Source: an uncultured Deinococcales bacterium (lineage in GTDB: Bacteria > Deinococcota > Deinococci > Deinococcales > JAAFIG01). From it: 56,287 nucleotides of DNA. A model generated the notes under the pieces. It was not told where the DNA came from. It saw nothing but the letters and a program-made list of their open reading frames with translations, and ran no database searches. A program made the translations under genes and the position numbers. This document shows positions 37,209-47,453 of the stretch, piece after piece (the first letter of the stretch is position 1; each line of letters starts with the position of its first letter). Location: contig CAXTKV010000005.1 in NCBI GenBank assembly GCA_964244895.1, positions 1-56,287 of the forward strand. Direction: 5' to 3'.

Positions 37209-38355
37209 GCCCGGACACCCCCCTGAAGCGGTTGAGCCGCTGCCACCACGGTTGCCCGCTGCTGATCGGCGAGGGGCCGGATGTTGTGGTGCGCGGGGTG
37301 CGGGCCGGGAGGCCGTGACTGTTCAGCTGCCGGAGTGCCCAATCGGAGAGTCCCAGGCAACTCGAGAGGCCGGTGGAGCGGATGCCAGCCAGGTGCAGCA
37401 TTTGCGGAACGCGGGTGGAGAACTGGCAGATGTAGTTGTGAGGATGACCCACCGGGCGCAGGCCAGCCCAGGCGTCCACCACGCGCTCGTGTTCGAGGAT
37501 CGGCAGCACGGCGCTCGCCTGCCGGTGAAGTGTTGGCAGCGAAGTGGCGTGCGGCGTCCAGTCTTCCTTATCCTCCTGATCGACGGCGGTGGGGCCAGCG
37601 CACAGATAGCCGTAAAGCGTCGGGAACACCAAAACTCCTTTGGTGAACGCATTGGGGATCGGCAGCAGAATGTGCTCAGCCAACTGGGCCGTGCCCTGTG
37701 CGAACACCACAAATTCTCCCCGCCGGGGGGTGATGGTGAAACCCTCGTCGGCGAGCTCATCGGCGAAAAGACCCGCGCAGTTCACCACGAAGCGTGCGCT
37801 CAGCTCGCCCTGTGACCCCCAGATGCGCACGTCGCCGCTATTCGTTTCGACGCCTTCGACCCGCCAGCCGAGCCGAACATCGCCGCCGTGGAGCAGGCGG
37901 GTGACGACCTCGTATGGATCGGTGATCGCCTCCCCGGGGATGAATAGGCTAGCGCGGGCGCGGCTGTGAGGTTCGGCGGTGCGGGTGGCGGACTCGTCGA
38001 GCAGTTCGGTTTCCACGCCGTTGAGTGCCGCCTTCTGCGCGATAGCAGCCAGCTGGTCGACTTCGCTTTCGTCGTGTGCCAGCAACAGAGCCCCCGGAAC
38101 ACGGTAGGGAATGTTGAGTTCGTCAAAGATGGACTGCCAGCGCGTGGCTTGATCCCGGATCATCTGGGTTTCGAACGCGCCCGGCACCGAATCGAAGCCG
38201 GTGTGCAGCACCCCAGAGTTGGAGCGGCTCGCGCCCGCAGCCAGATCCTGCTCGCGCTCGAGCACCACGACCTCGTATCCGGCCCGGCGCAGGTCGAACG
38301 CGACGGCGGCCCCGACCAGGCCCGCCCCCAACACAATCACGTCAATTTCAGGCAT
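37192..38355 (-). CDS. FAD-dependent oxidoreductase (GlpA / L-2-hydroxyglutarate oxidase-like)
   Basis: VIVLGAGLVG, ASRSNSGVLHTG, VNCAGLFAD, KGVLVFPT, AGLRP, GIRSTGLS. Confidence 0.87.
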   Translation of the reverse strand: MPEIDVIVLGAGLVGAAVAFDLRRAGYEVVVLEREQDLAAGASRSNSGVLHTGFDSVPGAFETQMIRDQATRWQSIFDELNIPYRVPGALLLAHDESEVDQLAAIAQKAALNGVETELLDESATRTAEPHSRARASLFIPGEAITDPYEVVTRLLHGGDVRLGWRVEGVETNSGDVRIWGSQGELSARFVVNCAGLFADELADEGFTITPRRGEFVVFAQGTAQLAEHILLPIPNAFTKGVLVFPTLYGYLCAGPTAVDQEDKEDWTPHATSLPTLHRQASAVLPILEHERVVDAWAGLRPVGHPHNYICQFSTRVPQMLHLAGIRSTGLSSCLGLSDWALRQLNSHGLPARTPRTTTSGPSPISSGQPWWQRLNRFRGVSGHVSRS

Positions 38356-38416
38356 CTTCGCTCCTTGAAACACTGCCCGTACAGTTCAATGGCGTTCGGC
38401 ATGTTACGGGTGAGGT

Positions 38417-39139
38417 TCACCCGCTTTCGACGATGAAGCGAATTCGGTCAGCCCGATACAGATCGCGGGCGTATTCAAATGGAACGCCGCTCTGAGTCCA
38501 GGCGGTGCGGATCAATCGCAGCACCGGGGAATTCGGATGGGTGGCGAGCAGCACAGCAGCATCGGCGTCGAGTTGACTCGGTTCGAGTTCCTGCCTGCTT
38601 CGACCCACCCTCAGCCCCCGGTTCGCTGCGAGCCAGTTGTAGACCGAATCCTTCGGGTCGGTTTCCAGCAGCCCGGCGCACAACCGTGCGGGAAAATACG
38701 ACTCCTCCAGGGCCAGCGGCTCGCCGTTTCCCGTTCTCAGCCGCACCAGCTTGAAGACCGGTTCGACGGCTCCCAGCCCCAAGGCCTCGCCGACCTCGCC
38801 CGAGAGTTCCCCGGACCTGAACTCGGCTTTCGAGACCACCCGCGCCCCTGGCGTGACGCCACGCTGGAGGAGCTGTTGACTCAGACCCGCCGTGCTGGAG
38901 AGCACCTGCTCGATCTTTGGACGGGCCGCATAGACGCCCTCACGGTCGTGCCGTTCCACCAGGCCGCGCTGCACCAGCAGATCCATGGCGGCGCGAACCG
39001 TCATGCGCGATACCTGAAATTCCTCCGCGAGTTGGCGCTCGGAGGACATTCTTTGTCCAGGTCGCGTGGTGCCGTTACGGATATGCTCCGAAAGGCGATC
39101 GTAAATTTGGCGGTAAACGGGCGTAAGTTTGCTGAACAT
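38417..39139 (-). CDS. GntR-family regulator, HutC/UTRA subfamily
   Basis: PVYRQI, SERQLAEEFQVSRMTVRAA, C-terminal UTRA (EYARDLYRADR). Confidence 0.92.
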   Translation of the reverse strand: MFSKLTPVYRQIYDRLSEHIRNGTTRPGQRMSSERQLAEEFQVSRMTVRAAMDLLVQRGLVERHDREGVYAARPKIEQVLSSTAGLSQQLLQRGVTPGARVVSKAEFRSGELSGEVGEALGLGAVEPVFKLVRLRTGNGEPLALEESYFPARLCAGLLETDPKDSVYNWLAANRGLRVGRSRQELEPSQLDADAAVLLATHPNSPVLRLIRTAWTQSGVPFEYARDLYRADRIRFIVESG

Positions 39140-39177
39140 CAGTGCTTGGGTCTCCTCGAACTGCGCGGAAATAATTT

Positions 39178-39294
39178 CTGGTCTATACCAGGAGTGCTCA
39201 AATCACATTATGATGATTCGAGCCTAGAGTCAATGGGTTGACGACCTTGCATCCTTTTTGTATATTTTCTGGGTGCGCAGCTGGTCTAGACCAG
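39178..39294. promoter_or_regulatory. Two HutC/DasR-type GntR operators
   Basis: CTGGTCTATACCAG (39178-39191) and perfect palindrome CTGGTCTAGACCAG (39281-39294). Confidence 0.75.
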
Positions 39295-39554
39295 TTCATG
39301 TAAAACCCGTCTGGACGATCCTCTCGCATCGAGCGATCCACAAAGATCTGATCAACGACGTTTTGGAGCCGATGGGCGATGGGCAAACCACCGAAGTTCG
39401 AGGATCCGTGGATCGAGGCAAGCCCAAGGCGGGTGGGCTTTGAATCGAGCGGCACGGGAACGCAAGCGACTGATGAAGAATGCCATCGACCGCGAGCGGG
39501 CATGGATTTCGGGAAACGGATCGCGGAGCCCGGGAAAGCTGAGCGGGAGTCATC

Positions 39555-40226
39555 GTGGAGATCGAAGCCAGTCTTCATCACGTCGCTCGACCGCCGCGCC
39601 GAACCAGCGCGCGCAAAGCCCCGGCGCTCGTACTGTTGCACGGCATGGGCGGCGACGAAACCGAACTGATGTCGCTGGGTTCGCTCGTCGACGAACGCCT
39701 GTACAACCTTTACCTTCGAGCCCCGATCCCGCTCCTCGAAGGTGGTCACAGTTGGTTCGACGTTCGCTTCGCTCCCGATCCCGTGATCGACCCGGATCAA
39801 GCCGAGGTGAGTCGGCTCGACCTGATCGAATTCCTCGAACGCGCTTCTCGGCGTTACGACCTCGATCCGAACAGCATCTTTCTGGCGGGCTTTTCGCAGG
39901 GGGCGATCATCGGAGCGAGCGTGGCATTGACGCGCCCCGACCTGGTGGCCGGGTTGGTCATGATGAGCGGTCGAATTCTACCGGAGATCGGGCCGCGCCT
40001 CGCGCCGCGAACGGAGCTCGACCGACTGAACGTTTTTGTGGCCCATGGGCGCGACGATGTTCGATTGCCCCTCCGTCACGGCCACGCCACCCGCGACTGG
40101 CTCATGGATCTCGGCGCGAACCTGACCTACCGTGAATATGCGATCGGTCACGAAATTGATTCAGATGAAACCAGAGACGTCGCCGACTGGCTCCACACCG
40201 GGCTCGAAGCGCAATACCGGTTCTGA
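39555..40226 (+). CDS. Phospholipase/carboxylesterase (alpha/beta hydrolase)
   Basis: LLHGMGG, AGFSQGA, AHGRDD, GHEI. Confidence 0.88.
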   Translation: MEIEASLHHVARPPRRTSARKAPALVLLHGMGGDETELMSLGSLVDERLYNLYLRAPIPLLEGGHSWFDVRFAPDPVIDPDQAEVSRLDLIEFLERASRRYDLDPNSIFLAGFSQGAIIGASVALTRPDLVAGLVMMSGRILPEIGPRLAPRTELDRLNVFVAHGRDDVRLPLRHGHATRDWLMDLGANLTYREYAIGHEIDSDETRDVADWLHTGLEAQYRF

Positions 40227-40313
40227 GGGGCACCCGCTGCCTGCGGGCGAAAGCTCAGCGGGCCAGAATCGCCGCGCCAGCAACGATCCACTTCAGGCCC
40301 ACGGTTCGTGGCC

Positions 40314-41606
40314 TCAGTCCAGTTCTCCCAGGCGCAACCGCGCCGTGATGGCGTGCCCGGCCATGCCCTCCGCATCGGCGACCGTGGCGATGTGGGGTGC
40401 GACCAGTCGATTGCCCGCATCGCTGACGCGCTGGTATGTCACGGTCTTGATGAACTTTCCGACCCAGAGCCCGCCCGTGTAGCGCGCAGCCCGGGCGGTC
40501 GGAAGTACGTGGTTCGTGCCGATGCCTTTATCGCCGTACACGACCGTGGCGTTGCGCCCCAGAAACAGCGAGCCGTAATTCGTCAACCGCTCGAGGAACC
40601 ATTGGGGGTCGCGGGTCTGCACTTCCAGGTGCTCGCTGGCGATTTGATCGGACAGGCGCAGCATCTGGTTGTCGTCCTCGACCACGATCACCTCGCCGAG
40701 TCTGCGCCAGGCCTCACCGGCGACTTCGGCGGTCGGCCAGGTGTCAAGCCAGCGGTTCACCTCGCGGATCACGGCCTCGCCCAACGCGCGAGAGGTCGTG
40801 ACCAGCACAGCGGGCGAGTTCGTGCCGTGCTCGGCCTGGCCGAGGAGGTCGGCGGCGATCAGACTCGGATCGGCAGCCTCATCGGCCAGCACGCAGACTT
40901 CAGTTGGACCGGCCAGCAGGTCGATCCCGACCACGCCGAAGAGCTGGCGCTTGGCCTCGGCCACGTAGGCGTTGCCCGCGCCGACGATCATGTCCACCGG
41001 CTCGAGCGGCGGGCTGTCCTCGAGGCCGAAGGCCATCGCCGCCATCGCCTGCACGCCGCCGATGGCGTAGATCTGGTCTGCGCCGGATTTGACCATGGCG
41101 TACAACTGCGACGGGTTGATCCTGCCCGCTTTTTCAGGATCGGAGCTTCGCTGCGGCGGCGTGGTCGTGATCACGCGCCCGACCCCAGCCACCTTCGGTA
41201 CCGCGATCGTCATGATCGCGCTGGCGATCAGCGGGTAACGCCCGCCGGGCACGTACGCGCCGACCGAGTTGACCGGGATCAACTTGTGCCCGAGCGTCAC
41301 GCCGGGCAGCGTCTCGAGTTCGATCTCGTGCAGGCTTGCGCGCTGCGCCTGAGCGAAGCTGCGAACCTGCTGAATCGCAAAATCGATCGAGGCGGCAAAT
41401 TCATCGGGCACACCCTCGAGCCCCTCCCGAATCTGTGCGTCGGTCAGGTGAAAGCGCGCTGGGTTCCACCCATCGAATTGCTGACTGTAGCGCCGCACGG
41501 CTGCGATGCCTTCTCGTTCGACGTCCGAGAGCACCCTCGAGACGGTATCGCGGATATCCTGGTTGACGCTGGGCGATGTTGGTTGCGCCTGCTTGAGATA
41601 AAACAT
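40314..41606 (-). CDS. hisD: Histidinol dehydrogenase family, HpsN (sulfopropanediol 3-dehydrogenase)-like, copy 1
   Basis: [56 protein letters not shown]. Confidence 0.85.
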   Translation of the reverse strand: MFYLKQAQPTSPSVNQDIRDTVSRVLSDVEREGIAAVRRYSQQFDGWNPARFHLTDAQIREGLEGVPDEFAASIDFAIQQVRSFAQAQRASLHEIELETLPGVTLGHKLIPVNSVGAYVPGGRYPLIASAIMTIAVPKVAGVGRVITTTPPQRSSDPEKAGRINPSQLYAMVKSGADQIYAIGGVQAMAAMAFGLEDSPPLEPVDMIVGAGNAYVAEAKRQLFGVVGIDLLAGPTEVCVLADEAADPSLIAADLLGQAEHGTNSPAVLVTTSRALGEAVIREVNRWLDTWPTAEVAGEAWRRLGEVIVVEDDNQMLRLSDQIASEHLEVQTRDPQWFLERLTNYGSLFLGRNATVVYGDKGIGTNHVLPTARAARYTGGLWVGKFIKTVTYQRVSDAGNRLVAPHIATVADAEGMAGHAITARLRLGELD

Positions 41607-41689
41607 ACGGCTCCTTCCCGAACCGGGGTGTGGGCTCTGTGCCGAGGTCGATGTCTGTGCGTGTTGCGAGCCTTCGCACTGCAACAGGT

Positions 41690-42475
41690 TCAGTATCCGG
41701 AGCTGGCGCTGTCCGCGTGATTCTTTAGCTCGTTCAAGACGTGTTTCGCCCCGACCGCCATCAGTCGGGCGTCGCTCGAGACGGTCACGAAGTTGTAGCC
41801 GAGTTCGATCATGCGCTTGGCGTAGGCGCTGCCGCCGGTGAAGATTCCCGCGTTGATGTTTCGGGCTCGGGCGGTCTTGGCGATGCGTTCGAGGGTGGTG
41901 ATGAACTCGGGCGTGTCGCGGTCGATCTGCGCCTGACCGTACAACGCCTGGCCGAGATCGCCGGGTCCGACGAAGATCGCGTCCACGCCCGGCACGTCCA
42001 GGATCTGCTCGAGGTTCTCGAGCGCCTGCGCGGTCTCGATCATCGGCATGGTCACGACGAAACCGTTCGCGCTCGCCGCGTATTCAGCGCCAAAATGCAG
42101 GGCGGCGCGGGTCGGGCCGTAGCTGCGAAAACCCTGCGGCGGGTAACGGCACGCGCCGACGAAAGCCTCACATTCCTGGCGCGTGTTGACCATCGGGCAG
42201 ATGATCGCGTGAACCCCGGCGTCCAGGTACTTCATGATCGCACCCGGATCGTTCCAGGCGACTCGAGCCACGACCGCCGTCGGGGTCGTCTGGATCGCCT
42301 GAATCATGCCGAGCGCACTCGAAAACTCGAACGGCCCGTGCTGCGCGTCCAGCGTCAGCGAATCCCACCCCTGGTGCGCCATGACCTCACTGGCGAAGCT
42401 CGAGGGAATGTGAAGCCAGCCATTGATCACGACCGCGTCGTTCGCCCAGATGCTTCGCAGCGGATTCTCGAGCAT
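41690..42475 (-). CDS. HpcH/HpaI aldolase
   Basis: LDAQHG, ARVAWND, LDAG, RYPPQGFRS, MIET, FVGPGDL. Confidence 0.92.
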   Translation of the reverse strand: MLENPLRSIWANDAVVINGWLHIPSSFASEVMAHQGWDSLTLDAQHGPFEFSSALGMIQAIQTTPTAVVARVAWNDPGAIMKYLDAGVHAIICPMVNTRQECEAFVGACRYPPQGFRSYGPTRAALHFGAEYAASANGFVVTMPMIETAQALENLEQILDVPGVDAIFVGPGDLGQALYGQAQIDRDTPEFITTLERIAKTARARNINAGIFTGGSAYAKRMIELGYNFVTVSSDARLMAVGAKHVLNELKNHADSASSGY

Positions 42476-42479
42476 CTCG

Positions 42480-43634
42480 TTACCCCCAGAGCCGTTCCGA
42501 TGCGATCCGCGCACCCTCGGTCATCGCGCTCAGTTTCTCGAAGGTGATGCTCGGATGCACCGCGCCGAACCCAGCGAAGGTACCGAAGCCGCAATCCGAC
42601 CCGGCCATCACGCGTTCGCGCCCGAGGATCAAGGCGACGCGCTCGAGCCGTTCGGCCACGAGCTGTGGGTGTTCGACGAAATTCGTGGTCGTGTCGAGCA
42701 CGCCCGGCACGATGATCTTGTCCTCGGGGATGTCCCTGCGGCGGTCAGCCAAGACCCGCCACTCGTGCGCGTGACGCGGGTTGCAGCTTTCGAGCAGCAC
42801 CGCCTGGGGTCTGGCCTTCATGACCACATCGAAGAGTTTCTCGAAACCGATGTCGGCCGTGTGCGGTCCCTCGTAGTTGCCCCAGCACAGGTGCATCCGC
42901 AGGCGGTCGGGGGGGATGCCCTCGAGCGCGGCGTTCAGTGCCTCGACCTGTTGTTCGGCGCGCTTCAGGAACGCCTCGTCGTCGAGGTCGCGCCATTTGA
43001 TGTGCCGCCCCATCGCCAGGTCCGGACAGTCGATCTGCAAGACCAGACCGGCATCGACGATGGCCCGGTATTCGACGCGCATGGCTGGAATCAACGCCTC
43101 GAGGTAGGCCTCGTGCGAAGGGTAGTACTCGTTCGGTTGAAACACCGCCAGCACGCCGGGCGAGGCGGCGTTCATGAAGCCCTCGCTGTAGCCGTGCACC
43201 TCGAGCGCCGCCGTGAAACGCCGGATATCGCGCTGCAACGGGCCGAGGTCCTTGACCGCGATCGGCCCGACGCACACGGGCCGCTGGTACTTCGGCGTGC
43301 CACCTCGAGCGGCGAGGGCATCGCGGAACTCGCTGAAATCGTCGAGGTCCTTCGGCATCGCTCGGGGCGGCGGTTTGTCCGAGAGCGCAAAGCCGCTCAG
43401 GCGGTGGCGGACGTAGGTCGCGTAACTGATCTTGCTCATCTCGCCGTCGCTCGGCACGTCCACGCCAGCGGCGCGTTGCCTGCCGACGATCTCGAGCACG
43501 GCGGCGTCCATCACCTCGTCGAAACTGGGCGCAGGTTCGTCGCGATCCTGGGCGAACAGCGCGTCCACCACGGCCTGCTTGCGCGGCAGGCTGCCGACGT
43601 GGGTGGTCAGGATTCGATCCGAAGATTCGCGCAT
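42480..43634 (-). CDS. Single-barrel cobalamin-independent methionine synthase (MetE C-terminal)-like Zn enzyme
   Basis: THVGSLPR, SDGE, QIDCPD, HLCWGN, GSDCGF. Confidence 0.88.
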   Translation of the reverse strand: MRESSDRILTTHVGSLPRKQAVVDALFAQDRDEPAPSFDEVMDAAVLEIVGRQRAAGVDVPSDGEMSKISYATYVRHRLSGFALSDKPPPRAMPKDLDDFSEFRDALAARGGTPKYQRPVCVGPIAVKDLGPLQRDIRRFTAALEVHGYSEGFMNAASPGVLAVFQPNEYYPSHEAYLEALIPAMRVEYRAIVDAGLVLQIDCPDLAMGRHIKWRDLDDEAFLKRAEQQVEALNAALEGIPPDRLRMHLCWGNYEGPHTADIGFEKLFDVVMKARPQAVLLESCNPRHAHEWRVLADRRRDIPEDKIIVPGVLDTTTNFVEHPQLVAERLERVALILGRERVMAGSDCGFGTFAGFGAVHPSITFEKLSAMTEGARIASERLWG

Positions 43635-44260
43635 CAATCACCCTGCTCCCGACGGGATGCCGCTTCGAGTCCCAACAGTTTCTCCATCATCTCGCGCCGC
43701 AACGCGTCGTAGTTGGCGGGCTTGACCATCCGTCCGTCCGCATCGGAGGTGAAGCCGTACTCGGCGGCCTTGCGTTCGACCTCCGGATCCCAGTACGGAT
43801 CTTTGCTCGAGAAGACCGTGTGCGGGTCGAGCACCGCGATGAACCAACCCACCGCATCCCCAGAGACCTCGAAGCCCCGGTAGAGACCGGGCGGGATCGA
43901 GATGAAATCCCACTTCCCGAGGATCGTCTCGCCGTCCACCTGGCCGGGCTCGTTGCCCCAGTAAAAACGCCATTCGCCCTCGAGCACCAGGAAGCTTTCG
44001 ACGTAATCGTGGGTGTGAAAGGCCGGGCCGTTTCCGGGCGGCGCGAAACCCATCCCGATCTGGAAGTTGTGGGGTGCCGCGATCGCCGGTTTGAACTCCG
44101 CATTCTCGCTGGCGGTGTCGCCGATCAACGCGTAATTCATGCGCTGATGGCCGGGCAGCACGCTGTCGATGAACATCAACGGTACGCCGTTGCGCAAGAG
44201 GTCGTCGAATCTCGAGATGCGTCGTTGCATTTCCTCGTTGCTGACGTGAGGGTGTTTCAT
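43634..44260 (-). CDS. Cupin-domain protein
   Basis: PPGNGPAFHTHDYVESF, WDFISIPPG; RBS GGAG. Confidence 0.85.
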   Translation of the reverse strand: MKHPHVSNEEMQRRISRFDDLLRNGVPLMFIDSVLPGHQRMNYALIGDTASENAEFKPAIAAPHNFQIGMGFAPPGNGPAFHTHDYVESFLVLEGEWRFYWGNEPGQVDGETILGKWDFISIPPGLYRGFEVSGDAVGWFIAVLDPHTVFSSKDPYWDPEVERKAAEYGFTSDADGRMVKPANYDALRREMMEKLLGLEAASRREQGD

Positions 44261-44290
44261 GGGTGCTCTCCTTCGACGTGATTTAAACCG

Positions 44291-44335
44291 TGCAAGCGTA
44301 TGCAAAGAATGCGGCATTTTGAACCCCGATGTCAA
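44291..44335 (-). promoter_or_regulatory. Leftward promoter and LacI-type operator
   Basis: TTGACA-18-CATTCT followed by TGCATACGCTTGCA on the minus strand. Confidence 0.7.
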
Positions 44336-44558
44336 GCGTTCCCGGTCAGTTCACCCGCTTCGAGCCCTCAGTTGAATCGATGATGCGCTGACCGAGGTTC
44401 GACCAGTCCGATCTCGAGTTGAATGAATTAAGTCCGGCCACCGGGTCGAAACGGTCGGACTTCGCACTTGCAGAACGGCGTTTTTGGATGCGCCAGTTCC
44501 CCCCGGTGCGTGAGGACGACCCAGAACAGTTCGGGCTCGGGCAGGATTGGTGGAAGGC

Positions 44559-44602
44559 TTGACAACCGAAATGCCGTACCATAATCTGTGCATACGCTTG
44601 CA
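44559..44602 (+). promoter_or_regulatory. Rightward promoter and identical LacI-type operator
   Basis: TTGACA-17-TAATCT followed by TGCATACGCTTGCA. Confidence 0.75.
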
Positions 44603-44723
44603 GTAGCGATTGATGGCTCGACGAGCGCCGGACATCTCGAAATCTCAGCCCGCACCGCAATCGGCGGTTCAAAACGCGTTCTCCTGATCGTTTTCGAGCT
44701 CCATTCCTGAGGGTAACGAGACT

Positions 44724-45749
44724 GTGTCCCAACCGAAAACGCCCACCGGTTCAAAACGAGTCACTTCTCACGAAGTCGCCCGAGAGGCTGGCGTGTCCCA
44801 ATCGACGGTCTCGCGGGTTTTTAGCCGCGATGAGCGTCTCTCGCAACCCACCCGCGATCGGGTGCTCAAGATCGCGGGCGACCTCGGGTACAAACCCAAC
44901 GCCATCGCCCGCAGCCTCAGCACCCAGCGCACGCAGATCATCGGTGTGGTGGCGAGCTACATGACCAACCCATTTTTTCCGGTGGTGCTTCAAGCCTTCA
45001 CCCAACGTCTGCACGAGCTGGGGTGGCGGGTGCTGCTGTTCACTGCCGGAACCAGCGAGGACGTGGACGATCTGCTGCCCGAGGTGTTGGCGTACCAGGT
45101 GGACGGGCTGATCATCGTGACCGCAACCCTGAGTTCAACGATGACCCGCGAGGTCTTGCGGCGCGGGACTCCGGTGGTTCTGTTCAACCGCTATGCGCCG
45201 GGTTCGGGCGCGAGCGCCGTATCCTGCGCCAACTACGAGGGGGGACGGTTGGTGGCCGACGCGCTGTTCGATGCGGGCCACAGGCGCCTGGCCTACATTG
45301 CTGGCCGCCCGGATACCTCGACCAACGCGGACCGCCAGAAGGGGTTTCTCGAGCGCCTCTTTGAGCTTCGCGTCTCGGATTGCCGGGTCGAGCCGGGCAA
45401 TTTCACCTACGAGGGCGGTTTCGCCGCCGCGCACCGGCTCCTCAAATCCCGGACGCCTCCCGACGCGATTTTTTGCGCCAATGACATCACCGCCCTGGGC
45501 GCGCTCGACGCGGCCAGAAAACTCAAGGTGCAGGTTCCAGACGAACTCTCCGTGATCGGATTCGACGACATCCCGATGGGCCAGTGGGCCGCCTACGACC
45601 TGACCACGGTGCGCCAACCGGTCGAGGAGATGATCGACGCCAGCATCGAACTGCTGCTCGAGCGGGTCGAGAACAGCAAACTCGGTTCGGTGCTTAAATT
45701 TCTTCCGGGAACCCTGGTTCGGCGCGGTTCGGCGCGCCTATCGCCATAG
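44724..45749 (+). CDS. LacI-family transcriptional regulator
   Basis: VTSHEVAREAGVSQSTVSRVF, YKPNAIARSL, VIGFDDI, LTTVRQP. Confidence 0.95.
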   Translation: MSQPKTPTGSKRVTSHEVAREAGVSQSTVSRVFSRDERLSQPTRDRVLKIAGDLGYKPNAIARSLSTQRTQIIGVVASYMTNPFFPVVLQAFTQRLHELGWRVLLFTAGTSEDVDDLLPEVLAYQVDGLIIVTATLSSTMTREVLRRGTPVVLFNRYAPGSGASAVSCANYEGGRLVADALFDAGHRRLAYIAGRPDTSTNADRQKGFLERLFELRVSDCRVEPGNFTYEGGFAAAHRLLKSRTPPDAIFCANDITALGALDAARKLKVQVPDELSVIGFDDIPMGQWAAYDLTTVRQPVEEMIDASIELLLERVENSKLGSVLKFLPGTLVRRGSARLSP

Positions 45750-45800
45750 CGTTCTGTATCGGGCAGGAGAAAGCGCAGTTGCGCGGAGGAGGGAATACGT

Positions 45801-47174
45801 ATGAATAAGTTCGGAAGTGTAGTCTGGCATCGGCATGGAATGGCTCTCGGTCTGATCCTGGCGGTCACCTTGGGGGTGATGGGTGTCACGGCACAGGGGT
45901 CGGTTCCCTACGGACTTAAACCGGGCAAACCCTACAATGGCACCGAGGTTAAATTTTTGATTTGCTGCCTGGGGGCGGGACAATTCGCGCAGCTCAGCAA
46001 GCTCACGGGTGAGGGCGGAGAGTTCCAGCAACTGACCGGCATCACGGCCAAATGGGAAAACACACCCTACGAGGGCTTGCAGCAAAAGATCTTGGTCGAG
46101 GCGACGACTGGTGGCACCTACGATGCGGTGGCCTGGGTGGACGCCTGGGGTGAGGCCTTCAAGTCATATATGCAGCCCCTGAACGACCGCATCAAGGCCG
46201 ACAACATCAACCTCAAGGACTACCCCAGCGCCTATCTTAAAGCCGCCAGCGATAAGGACGGGAACATCGTCGGTATGCCCTTCCGGGGCCACCCGCTGAT
46301 TCTGTTCTACCGCAAGGATGTCTTTAACGAACTCAAGCTTCCTGTGCCCAAGACCTGGCAAGACATTACCCGCACCGCCGCGATCATCCAGCAGAAAAAG
46401 CCCAACCTGATGGGCATCGCCATGTACTACAAGGTCAACGCCGGGCAGAACCTGTTCCTCTGGGTGAGCCACCTGTGGGGCAACGGGGGCGATATCCTCG
46501 ACAAGAACAACCACCCGATCTTCAACGACGAGCGCGGCGTGAAGGCGACTCAGGCCTACATCGACATCCTGCGAAAAGACAAAGTCACATCGGAAGCCGC
46601 GTCGACCTACGCCGAGACCGAGTCCTCCACCGAGATGTTCCAGGGCCGGGCGGCGATGTGGATCGGCTGGTGGTGGTACTGGGCGCAGTTCTCCAACCCC
46701 AAGACGGTCGTTCCTGCCGTGATGAACAACGTCGGCTTCGCCCCCGCGCCGGGCTGGGCCGGTGGCAATACCGCCCCGCAAACCTACGCCCTGGTCTGGC
46801 CCGCTGGCATCTTCAAGAACGCCAAGAATCCCGACGCCGCCTGGGAGTTCATCAAGTACATCTCCAACACCGACGTGCAGAAGAAGGTGGCCGCCAACCG
46901 CAGCGACCCCGCCGTGGCTGACAACACCATCGTGACCTTCTCGGGGATGCAGGACGCCAAGGTCAACGATGCCAACGGCGGCATCCCGAAGGTGGGCGCG
47001 CAGGTCTTGAAGACGGCCCGCACCCTGCCGACCGTGACCACCTGGGCCGAGATTCAGAGCGTGCTCGAGGTCGGCATCAACCAGATGGCCACCGGGGCGG
47101 ACGTGCGCGAGACCCTCAACCGCATGGCCAAGGACGTGGATGCCATTCAAAAGCGCGCGGGCTACTACAAATAG
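45801..47174 (+). CDS. Sugar ABC transporter substrate-binding protein
   Basis: Signal peptide, FYRKD, PKTWQD, DAAWEFIKY. Confidence 0.9.
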   Translation: MNKFGSVVWHRHGMALGLILAVTLGVMGVTAQGSVPYGLKPGKPYNGTEVKFLICCLGAGQFAQLSKLTGEGGEFQQLTGITAKWENTPYEGLQQKILVEATTGGTYDAVAWVDAWGEAFKSYMQPLNDRIKADNINLKDYPSAYLKAASDKDGNIVGMPFRGHPLILFYRKDVFNELKLPVPKTWQDITRTAAIIQQKKPNLMGIAMYYKVNAGQNLFLWVSHLWGNGGDILDKNNHPIFNDERGVKATQAYIDILRKDKVTSEAASTYAETESSTEMFQGRAAMWIGWWWYWAQFSNPKTVVPAVMNNVGFAPAPGWAGGNTAPQTYALVWPAGIFKNAKNPDAAWEFIKYISNTDVQKKVAANRSDPAVADNTIVTFSGMQDAKVNDANGGIPKVGAQVLKTARTLPTVTTWAEIQSVLEVGINQMATGADVRETLNRMAKDVDAIQKRAGYYK

Positions 47175-47182
47175 GCTCACTT

Positions 47183-47207
47183 GTGGGTAGGGTCTGACCC
47201 TACCCAC
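47183..47207. repeat. Perfect inverted repeat after the SBP gene (mRNA-stabilising, terminator or REP-like hairpin)
   Basis: GTGGGTAGGGTC-T-GACCCTACCCAC; no U-tract on the + strand. Confidence 0.75.
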
Positions 47208-47453
47208 GCCCCCCAAAATGTCGATCCGAGACTCGCCTTTAATCCCGATGCGACGACCGTTTTGAACTCGATCGGTCTCGCTGCCACGTGAGGGTCTCGG
47301 CGACGCGCTATCGGGCACAGCGCTGTCTAAGCGAAGTCGAGAACGGCCAGGTTGGCGCGCATCAAAGGCTCGATTTCGTCTTTGAACGGTATCGATTCGA
47401 GGCGCGATTGCTCGGGACAGTGAGAGCCCTTCCATCGAGCGTGAAATGCCGGG

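Noticed and set aside
40314..41606. Histidine biosynthesis role
   Set aside because: Duplicated, catabolic context, YGDK rather than the GDY motif, and no other his genes in the window.
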